Assembly: GCA_041483895.1 (NCBI GenBank)
Contig: JBGPGO010000001.1
Coordinates: 352,001 to 416,000 of the forward strand
Length of the DNA stretch: 64,000 nt
Source of the DNA: Fimbriimonadia bacterium
Lineage (GTDB): Bacteria; Armatimonadota; Fimbriimonadia; Fimbriimonadales; JABRVX01
Reading direction: 5' to 3'
A model generated the notes under the pieces. The model made no database searches. It was not told the origin of the DNA and saw only the letters and a list, made by a program, of their open reading frames with translations. Of the stretch, positions 56,550 to 64,000 are shown in pieces (the first letter of the stretch is position 1; every line of letters starts with the position of its first letter). Made by a program: the position numbers and the translations under genes.

Positions 56550-58456
56550 GAGGGAAAGCTTACCGCCTCCCGCGCAATGGCCGCACGCCGGAACAGCGGC
56601 GACCCATCGACGCCGACGATCTCCCCCACCTCGACCGCGCCCCGGACCGAATTGCCAAGAAGTATGCGCTCACACAGATTCAGTTCGGCCACCGGCAGGC
56701 TTCTCTCCACCGCGCCGAGCCTTGGCGCCATCCGCGCCCGCCAGATGCCGGGGAGGAGGCCGTCCACCTCCGGCGGCGTGCACCATTGGCCGTCCAGCAG
56801 ATAGAACAGGTTGGTGATGCTACCCTCCGTTACGTTGCCCATCTCGTTGACGAGCAGCCCTTCCCAACAGCCCAATTCCTCCGCCACCCGCCGCGCCTCG
56901 TCGTGCAAAGCCCGCTCCGTCGTTTTGTGCCGCAGCATTCTGTCGGCGCATTGGACGCGGAGGTTGGTCAGCGCGGCCCTCACTCGCCGCTGGGGCTTGG
57001 GCATGGGGCGACAGTCGATGGACAACTCGCCGTGCGCGGAAACCGCTAGCCGGATCACGGCCCCTTTCTCCATCTCCAAAAGCCTTAGCGCTGCCGCTCT
57101 GTCGAACGGATAGCCCCAATATTCCGCGGATTCTGCCATCCGATCCAGATGGTCTTCCAAAAACCGTACCCGGCCGGTGGCGCCACGAATCATGGTCTCA
57201 AAGATCTCGAATTCTCGGGGCCGAGCACTAAGAAAGGTCGCCTTGAGCCTCGTCTCCTCGAATTCGTTCTCGGGCTTGGAGTCCCAGGTGATGCCACCTC
57301 CGACTCCCATCTCCCATCGGCCCGCTTGATGCGTCAGAGTGCGGATTGCGACGTTGAAACGGCATTGAACCCCCACCCAACCCTCCCCCTTTCCCAGGCT
57401 GCCGCCTGAAAAAAGGGGAGGGCTTTCAGAACGAGCCCCCACCCTAAACCTCCCCCGCAACCGGGGGAGGGGATTCTGGTTGTCGGCCTCCTGACAGCGG
57501 GGGAGGGGACCGGGCAGGAAGCAGCCGATCGTGCCGGTGTACATGCCGCGGGCTTCGGGTTCCAGGTCCTGAATCAGCTCCATCGTCCGACGTTTTGGCG
57601 CCCCCGTCACCGATCCGGGCGGGAAGGTGGCGGCGAAAAGTTCGGCGGGGGTGACGTTGGTTCGGAGTTGGCCACAGATCTGGCTCGTGAGCTGATGCAC
57701 CGTCGCATACTTCTCAACATCGAACAGGGACTCGACATGGACGGAGCCATATTCGCAGACGCGGCCCAGATCGTTTCGCATCAGGTCCACGATCATCAGG
57801 TTCTCGGCCAGCTCCTTCGGATCGCCAAGCAGGGCCTCAGCTTGCCGCCGATCATCGGAGAGAGCAACGCCGCGGGGACGAGTACCCTTCATCGGCTTCG
57901 TCCGCACCACCCCGTCTTGGACCGAAAGAAACAGCTCCGGAGACAGGCTGAGAATTTGATGCTCCCCGGTGTCCACATAGGCCGCATGGGGCACCGGATG
58001 GACCGATCGGAGCCACAGGAAGTATTGCCAAGGATCGATGTCCGCCTCAAATCGGAGTTTGAAGGTCAGATTCACTTGATAGGTGTCCCCGGCGGCGATC
58101 CATCGGCGGACCGCCTCGACCGTATCCAAATATTCCGGCTCTGTTATTCCCGGCCTCGGATGCACCTCCGGCGGCGCGGCAAGGTCGGAGGATGGGCAGG
58201 TCCAATCCGACTCCCATCGTTCGTAGACGCCAAACCAGCAGAGCGGCAGGCCATCCGATTCGCGGGTCGGCAGCCCGAAGGCAGCACCGGCGTCGTATGT
58301 CATGAATCCGGCCACAGCCCGTCCCGCCTCCAGCTCGCTCGCGAGTGAGCGCAGCACCGGCGCCACCTCATCGATGGATCGAGCGGTTAGCGACCGGATG
58401 GGATCGGTAAACAGCAGCGGGGGCGATCCCTCCAAGAAAATAACGCCGGGCCTCAT
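56546..58456 (-). CDS. pabB: Aminodeoxychorismate synthase component I fused to class IV aminotransferase-like ADC lyase, with a repeat-derived insertion
   Basis: GDTYQVN, SPELF, PMKGT, AENLMIVDLMRND, FPPGSVTGAPK, FNVAIRT; C-terminal HKTT, EGSITN, GLLPGI.R. Confidence 0.92.
   Translation of the reverse strand: MRPGVIFLEGSPPLLFTDPIRSLTARSIDEVAPVLRSLASELEAGRAVAGFMTYDAGAAFGLPTRESDGLPLCWFGVYERWESDWTCPSSDLAAPPEVHPRPGITEPEYLDTVEAVRRWIAAGDTYQVNLTFKLRFEADIDPWQYFLWLRSVHPVPHAAYVDTGEHQILSLSPELFLSVQDGVVRTKPMKGTRPRGVALSDDRRQAEALLGDPKELAENLMIVDLMRNDLGRVCEYGSVHVESLFDVEKYATVHQLTSQICGQLRTNVTPAELFAATFPPGSVTGAPKRRTMELIQDLEPEARGMYTGTIGCFLPGPLPRCQEADNQNPLPRLRGRFRVGARSESPPLFSGGSLGKGEGWVGVQCRFNVAIRTLTHQAGRWEMGVGGGITWDSKPENEFEETRLKATFLSARPREFEIFETMIRGATGRVRFLEDHLDRMAESAEYWGYPFDRAAALRLLEMEKGAVIRLAVSAHGELSIDCRPMPKPQRRVRAALTNLRVQCADRMLRHKTTERALHDEARRVAEELGCWEGLLVNEMGNVTEGSITNLFYLLDGQWCTPPEVDGLLPGIWRARMAPRLGAVERSLPVAELNLCERILLGNSVRGAVEVGEIVGVDGSPLFRRAAIAREAVSFPS
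57368..57510. repeat. Family A palindrome cluster inside pabB (opposite orientation to the queG copy relative to the gene)
   Basis: Copies at about 57370-57423 and 57436-57473, and a half copy at about 57497-57509. Confidence 0.88.
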
Positions 58457-58516
58457 GGCGCAAACTATGGCCGGTTGGTAGCGGAAAGTCAAGAGATGTC
58501 GTGATACACTGTTATT

Positions 58517-59854
58517 ATGAACCTCTGGCTTGCCCTATTTGTCATCATTGCGCAGCAATCGCCGACCCAACATCCACCGGGGGATACGCAGGTCGTAAAG
58601 CCCGCATGGACGACGATGGCCCTTGGCCAAGCCGGAGAGCCGTTCGTGGCGACCGACGATCAGGGACATGTCTATGTGACCGGCCATATCTATAACGGCT
58701 CCAGCAGCCAGGCGATCTTCTACGCCTCCTCCGACCATGGCGCCACCTTCCCCACCAGCCACGTGTTCAATGGCACGTGCTGCGACTTCCAGGTGCATGC
58801 AGGTCCGGCCGGCATTGTCTATGTCTCCTACCTGCCATCCGGGGACGGTGTCAATCTGGCGGTCTCGAGCGATTTTGGCGCAAGCTTCTCGCAGGACAAA
58901 ACAGTGCTCGCCGGGCCGCTCGACCGGGAGTGGATCGATACGCGCAACGGCAATTTGGACGCGGTCTATTCCGATGGATACATCGGGGGGCCGGTCTCCA
59001 AAGGCGTCTTTTTCTCCACAAGCGCCAATTTCGGCGATACCTTTACTATGAAGACCCGAATGGACAACGAACCCAGCGGCACGGAAGCGATTGATCCCAT
59101 GATCTCCTGCAAGGCGAATGTCATTCTGGGAGGCTGGCTCACATCAACCGACCGCAACAGCATCGACGCGTTTCGCGTATCTCGCTCGACGGACGGTGGC
59201 CAGACGTTCCAAGGGCATACAACCATTTTCAACGTCAGCAAAGCCATTGGCGACACGCAGGAGCGCTGGATTTCCGGGGTTCTCGTTTCCTGTCCCGGCC
59301 AGACCTATTACACAGTCTTCCAGAATTACGCCCTGATCAATGTCGACGGGACCGACCGGAAGGCATTGCTACTGTATTACCGGCGTTCCACGGACGGCGG
59401 TGCGACCTGGAGCGCGGCCAAAACCGTCACCCCACTGAGTGAAATTAAGGACGCCATCCGACATTATCAGGCGACGAAATGGACGGACGACGCGGCAATC
59501 TGGCCTTACTACATCCAGCACGAGCCGTGGGTCTGCATCGATCCGTACGGCACGCTTCATGTGGTCTGGTTCGACAATCGGGACGGCCAAAACCCCAACG
59601 TCATGAATTCAAAGTGGCGGGTCTATCACGGGCAGGGCCGCTATGATACGGACGTCTGGGAAAAAACGGATGCGATTTCGGAGTCGTTCCTTTGCGTGCA
59701 GCCTAATCTTGACTACATATCTTGCGCGGCGGACAGCAAGTATGTGTATTGCGCGTGGATCCGGCGGATCAGCCAGACCAGCACGGGCTGGTCATTTTCC
59801 GGCGACCTCTTCTTCAGCCGGCGACCGGTTAATGCCTTCAAGCCGATCCGATAA
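58517..59854 (+). CDS. Secreted sialidase-like/BNR (Asp-box) repeat protein
   Basis: SSDHGATF, SSDFGASF, STDGGQTF, STDGGATW Asp-boxes. Confidence 0.8.
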   Translation: MNLWLALFVIIAQQSPTQHPPGDTQVVKPAWTTMALGQAGEPFVATDDQGHVYVTGHIYNGSSSQAIFYASSDHGATFPTSHVFNGTCCDFQVHAGPAGIVYVSYLPSGDGVNLAVSSDFGASFSQDKTVLAGPLDREWIDTRNGNLDAVYSDGYIGGPVSKGVFFSTSANFGDTFTMKTRMDNEPSGTEAIDPMISCKANVILGGWLTSTDRNSIDAFRVSRSTDGGQTFQGHTTIFNVSKAIGDTQERWISGVLVSCPGQTYYTVFQNYALINVDGTDRKALLLYYRRSTDGGATWSAAKTVTPLSEIKDAIRHYQATKWTDDAAIWPYYIQHEPWVCIDPYGTLHVVWFDNRDGQNPNVMNSKWRVYHGQGRYDTDVWEKTDAISESFLCVQPNLDYISCAADSKYVYCAWIRRISQTSTGWSFSGDLFFSRRPVNAFKPIR

Positions 59855-59920
59855 CCGTCTGTAACTTCGGGTCCGAATTGCAATCGCCGCCAATTGGCAG
59901 TATCCCAAGCGCCCGCGGAA

Positions 59921-60778
59921 TCAGTCCCGCAAATCCCACCAGGCGTTCTTGAACTCGTTCTCCAAGAAGGCCTGCGACGAGGTGTTAGTGTGCGGATAGA
60001 TCGGCCCGTCCGTCCAATACTGGTGCGGATAGATCGTCTGGCTGAACCGGAGGCTCTTAACATGGGTATCGGCAAACACCCAGTTGTGAATTCCGTTGTG
60101 GTTGAAGAACAGGCTCGCCTTCTTATCACAGTTCGTGCATTCGCATGCGCCGTTGACAATGCACCAGTCACCCAGGTCCGGTGGGCTCCCGCGAGACTCG
60201 AGAATGTAAATCAGCGCCGCCGGTTCCTTCAATTCCTTCTTGTTTCGAGGCCGCTGGCGGTTGGAGAGCCCCAAATCCAGCGCCGACGATTCATGGAACC
60301 ACCGGCCATTATAGGCGTAGGATTTCGGATACCATTCGGGCCTGTCCTCGGGCCGATCGGTCGCCTTTCCATAACAGTGGTTCGATTCGATGCCGGGATA
60401 GCCCTGATTACCCCAGCCTCCATCCGCGGATGTCCAGACTAGCGGATTTGCGGGGCATTTCTGTACGTCCTTGCTCTTTACGTAGTTGGCGATGACCCGT
60501 TTCCAGTCGATGCAAGACCCATGCAAAGCGCCCCAGTTCGAGCTGGGAACGTAGCCGTGGGCCGGATCCGGCATCCGGTTCATGGGATAGGCGTCGTTGT
60601 AATCCGACAGATAGATTTCCACCGCTATGGCCATCTGTCGGATATTGGACGCGCATTGGCGCGTCCTAGCAGCGTTGCGGGCTTGGGCAAAGACAGGAAA
60701 CAAAATGGCGGCCAAGATTGCGATGATGGCGATGACTACCAACAGTTCTATCAGCGTAAAAGCACGGATTTGCCGCAT
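59921..60778 (-). CDS. Prepilin-type N-terminal cleavage/methylation protein, DUF1559 / H-X9-DG type
   Basis: [43 protein letters not shown]. Confidence 0.9.
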   Translation of the reverse strand: MRQIRAFTLIELLVVIAIIAILAAILFPVFAQARNAARTRQCASNIRQMAIAVEIYLSDYNDAYPMNRMPDPAHGYVPSSNWGALHGSCIDWKRVIANYVKSKDVQKCPANPLVWTSADGGWGNQGYPGIESNHCYGKATDRPEDRPEWYPKSYAYNGRWFHESSALDLGLSNRQRPRNKKELKEPAALIYILESRGSPPDLGDWCIVNGACECTNCDKKASLFFNHNGIHNWVFADTHVKSLRFSQTIYPHQYWTDGPIYPHTNTSSQAFLENEFKNAWWDLRD

Positions 60779-60810
60779 GGCTCACCCCTCCGAACCAAAT
60801 TGGATGGTTC

Positions 60811-61041
60811 TTACGGAGACATTATAGGCCGTGTATCTTCCCGTGTCAACACATCTTGCTCAGGCTGGGAAAAACTCGTGTGTTCCGCGCCGTAAGAAAT
60901 GAGCCACAGAAGCGCCGCCGCGCCGACAATGGCCCCGGCCGGACCGAGGATCGTTGCTAGGATGACCTCTCCGAAAACCGCGACCGTACACCAAAGGAGA
61001 ACCGCGAAAGGGCGGAGCATCGAGTCAAAACTCCGGGACAT
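60811..61041 (-). CDS. Possible small two-TM protein
   Basis: Hydrophobic hairpin in ORF 60811..61092; start uncertain. Confidence 0.35.
   Translation of the reverse strand: MSRSFDSMLRPFAVLLWCTVAVFGEVILATILGPAGAIVGAAALLWLISYGAEHTSFSQPEQDVLTREDTRPIMSP
60821..60849 (-). promoter_or_regulatory. Perfect-consensus sigma70 promoter for the prepilin-type gene
   Basis: TTGACA-N17-TATAAT on the minus strand. Confidence 0.85.
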
Positions 61042-61258
61042 TAGTATCGTCCGCGTGCGCGAAACGTAACAAGAGTTTCGGTCTATTTTCATCGCCGGTG
61101 GAGATCGAGCCGCAGGCTTTTTTTCGAGAAACCCCCACTTCTACGGATGACGGATTAAGGACAAAAGTTCCGTTTCATGGCAAGAAGCCCTATCGGCCGG
61201 CTGTAGTGGCCGCGGGCGGGTCGTTGCATGCCGCGTTGGCTGACTTTGGGAGGGAACG

Positions 61259-63235
61259 ATGAAACGTTTTGCTGTGTGTGTTGTTTTTGCCGGGATCGCC
61301 TCTATTACGGCCGCTGCCTCATGGGAAAAGGAGGTTGCGGACACAAAGACCCTCATCGCGATTGCCAAGCGCGCCCCGGCCAACATTAAGGCCCCGGCCC
61401 TCACCGTCTACGACCACGGCGCATTCCTGCGAGAGAAGAACGGCCACACCACGGAAGTCACCCAGTACACGACACAGGTGCTGAGCGACGAAGCGATTCG
61501 AAGCGGCATCGCGGATATCGAAATTCACTACAACGGCTACTATCAAAAGCTGATCTCCGTTCGCGCGCGGACGATTCGAACCGATGGAACGGTCATCGAG
61601 ATCCCGAAAAGCGACTTCCATGAGGGCCGCGACAGCGGGGACGACGGGGTCTACTCTAGCGAAAAGGTGGTTCGATTCTCGTTCCCAGGCGTCACGAAGG
61701 GCTGCATCCTGGACTATTACTATGCCACCGAAACGGTCAAGGAGGTCATGCCCGGCCATTTTTCAGAGAACTGGATCTACTGGACCGGCGCGCCCTGTCT
61801 GGAAAGTTCCCTGGTGCTCGAATTCCCCTCGGATTCGGGACCGTTCTTTTTCCGGAACACGAATCACACAGTCGAGCCCGTCATCACGAACCTGGGCGAC
61901 TCGCGAAAACGGATGGTCTGGAGGATGACGAAGCTTGATGCCGTCCAATCTGAGCCCTCGATGCCGCCTCTCTCCTCCCTCTTCCCGCGAACAGAGATCT
62001 CGACCAACAAAAGCTGGGAAGACGTTGGAAAATGGTATTGGGGCCTCGCCATGCCTTTGGCGAAATTGGATCCTGAAATCAGCCTGATGGTTGCGGACGT
62101 GACCCGGACCGCGGCCAGCCCGACCGACAAGGCCGCCGCGATTCTCAAGTGGATGAATTCCAATTTTCGGTACGTCTCCGTCTCCCTGGATGAGAGCAGC
62201 CATCTTCCCCACCCGCCGGCTGAGGTCTATCTGAAGCGGTACGGCGATTGCAAGGACCAGAGCCTGTTCCTCGTCGCAACGTTGCGATCGCTGGGGATCA
62301 ACGCATGGCTCGCTCTGCTCTCCGCGGGCGATACGGACCCAATCCACGACGAACTGCCCTCCGTTTATCGATTCGATCACTGCATCGTGGTGGCCGATCT
62401 GGATGGCAAACAGGTCTGGATGGACCCAACGGACCCGAGCACCCAATTTGGAGATGTCCCCGATTCGGTCAAGGGCGTGGAGGCATTGGTGATCCGAGAG
62501 CACGGCGGCGAAGTGGTGAGCGCTCCAAGCCGAAACCTGCTCGAGCCCGCTGAATCCCAACTCACCGTCGAAGTGAAAGTGAACCCAGATAACAGTTGCG
62601 ATGTGAAGTTGGAAATCAATGCCTACGGAAGCGCGGCAAGCAACATCAAGGACGCCGTCACTGGCAAGGACCACACGAAAATCGACGAGGTGTTCCGATC
62701 CTCGCTCAAAGACGTCTACCCCGGCGTCCGCGACATCACGGTCAGCTACAAGCCGTCCGATGACACCACTGGGCCGCTCACGGTTCTTACGCAGGGCCAC
62801 GTGCCGCTGGCCGGAGAGATGGTCGATCAGAAGCTGGTGCTGTCCGCCCTCGGCGAGAGCGGAGACCTGGAGCGGGAAAGCTGGACGGGCGAAGACGATG
62901 TGCGCGACTATCCGTTCGTGTTCCATGACAATGTTCGCCAATCGGTCGTCCTCAAAGTGATGCTTCCGAAGGGTTGGAAGCTCGATGAATGCCTAAAGCC
63001 GTTTACTCTGAACGGACCGGGCCGGGAAGTTTCTCGCACAGTGGAACTGAAGGACGACGTTCTGACGATGGTCTACAAGGACAAGGACCTCGATGCGACG
63101 CTGCCCAGCACCGCGCTGATCGACATCGTTCGGTTCCAAGTGGATTTGGCTGCCAAGCGGAAAGGCCGGATCGTTTTGGAACGGCCGGTGGCGGCTGCGG
63201 GTGAGAAAAAGGCGGTGGGCGCTACCGGTTCGTAA
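61259..63235 (+). CDS. DUF3857 / transglutaminase-like domain protein
   Basis: Signal peptide; RYVSV, GDCKDQS, FDHCIV, WMDPT (Cys-His-Asp triad). Confidence 0.88.
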   Translation: MKRFAVCVVFAGIASITAAASWEKEVADTKTLIAIAKRAPANIKAPALTVYDHGAFLREKNGHTTEVTQYTTQVLSDEAIRSGIADIEIHYNGYYQKLISVRARTIRTDGTVIEIPKSDFHEGRDSGDDGVYSSEKVVRFSFPGVTKGCILDYYYATETVKEVMPGHFSENWIYWTGAPCLESSLVLEFPSDSGPFFFRNTNHTVEPVITNLGDSRKRMVWRMTKLDAVQSEPSMPPLSSLFPRTEISTNKSWEDVGKWYWGLAMPLAKLDPEISLMVADVTRTAASPTDKAAAILKWMNSNFRYVSVSLDESSHLPHPPAEVYLKRYGDCKDQSLFLVATLRSLGINAWLALLSAGDTDPIHDELPSVYRFDHCIVVADLDGKQVWMDPTDPSTQFGDVPDSVKGVEALVIREHGGEVVSAPSRNLLEPAESQLTVEVKVNPDNSCDVKLEINAYGSAASNIKDAVTGKDHTKIDEVFRSSLKDVYPGVRDITVSYKPSDDTTGPLTVLTQGHVPLAGEMVDQKLVLSALGESGDLERESWTGEDDVRDYPFVFHDNVRQSVVLKVMLPKGWKLDECLKPFTLNGPGREVSRTVELKDDVLTMVYKDKDLDATLPSTALIDIVRFQVDLAAKRKGRIVLERPVAAAGEKKAVGATGS

Positions 63236-63998
63236 AAAGCCAGGTCGCAAGGAAATAGTTCGTGATATAGATGAGTACCATCGAGAAGACCACAGCGTTT
63301 GTGGTTGAGCGGCCCACGCCGACCGCGCCGCCTTCGGTCGCAAGGCCCTGGCGGCAGCTCACGATGGTGAGGATGAGGCCAAAGACAATGCTCTTTATCA
63401 GCCCGCCGTAGATGTCGTGCGGAACGACCATGGTGGTCAGGGTCCTTATGAACGCGGCGCGCGGAACGCCGAGGGAATCGCTGACCCACATGCCGCCGAT
63501 AACGCCGGAATACATGCCGATGAGGCAAAGCACCGGCAGCATGATAAGAGATGCCGACACGCGGGGAACCACCAAGTAATTGATGGGAGAGACGGCAAGG
63601 GCCCTCAGCGCGTCAATCTGTTCCGTGACCTTCATCGATCCGATTTGGGCCGCCATCGCCGAGCCGCACCGGGCCGCCACCATGATTCCAGCCAACACCG
63701 GGCCCAGCTCCCGCGTCATCGCCAAACCGACCGCCCCACCCGCGAGCGAACCTACGCCGTATGTGGTAAGTAGCTGGGTTGTGTACAGGGAAAGGACCGC
63801 TCCTGTGAAGCCTGCCGTTACCGCCACGATCGGCACCGAGGCGACGCCGATGAAGGCCATCTGCATGACCAGCTCCCGAAATTCGTATGGCGGCGCGAAG
63901 AGTCGGGCGAAGTACTGACCTGTCAGCAACGTGATGTCGCCGACGAATTCGAGAAAACCAAGCAGCGGCGCCAAGGTCTTTGCGCTGGTAGCTCGGGC
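63222..63998 (-). CDS. mlaE: MlaE-family ABC permease (5' end probably outside the window)
   Basis: RELGPVL, GSAMAAQIGSMKVTEQIDAL, GGAVGVGRSTT; frame open to the window edge. Confidence 0.9.
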   Translation of the reverse strand, partial: ARATSAKTLAPLLGFLEFVGDITLLTGQYFARLFAPPYEFRELVMQMAFIGVASVPIVAVTAGFTGAVLSLYTTQLLTTYGVGSLAGGAVGLAMTRELGPVLAGIMVAARCGSAMAAQIGSMKVTEQIDALRALAVSPINYLVVPRVSASLIMLPVLCLIGMYSGVIGGMWVSDSLGVPRAAFIRTLTTMVVPHDIYGGLIKSIVFGLILTIVSCRQGLATEGGAVGVGRSTTNAVVFSMVLIYITNYFLATWLFTNR

Positions 63999-64000
63999 AA

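Noticed and set aside
61763..62941. Long antisense ORFs (also 28922-30001, 45845-46738, 12970-13830)
   Set aside because: Shadow frames of real genes, expected at high GC; no motifs or start signals.

Overview
GC-rich bacterial chromosome segment, probably from Armatimonadota (Fimbriimonadia-like). This is inferred from a prepilin/DUF1559-type protein, a PEP-CTERM protein and a secreted protein with a C-terminal dockerin-like tail. The core is a minus-strand dcw cluster: mraZ-rsmH-ftsL-ftsI-murE-murF-mraY-murD-ftsW-murG-[murC::ddl fusion]-ftsQ-DUF881-sbp-ftsA-ftsZ, with no murB. Other genes include ppdK, acs, queG, mazG/yabN, a pabB-pabC fusion, a hisN-like gene, a nucleoside/sugar ABC transporter, an isolated FliA/WhiG sigma-factor locus, a HicAB module, several secreted proteins and a decaying accessory patch at about 49.7-54.5 kb (Abi-alpha-like gene, toxin-antitoxin remnants). 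The most unusual signal is a set of at least five short palindromic repeat families. Three of them also sit in frame inside the housekeeping genes queG and pabB, adding peptide segments, as Rickettsia palindromic elements do. Also notable: two promoter-driven structured non-coding RNA candidates, many apparently leaderless genes, a clostripain-family protein with Ser at the catalytic Cys, and a DUF1287 gene that has lost its stop codon and reads about 1 kb antisense into ppdK. No CRISPR array, rRNA, tRNA, integrase or transposase was recognised. All family calls come from motif recognition, not database searches.
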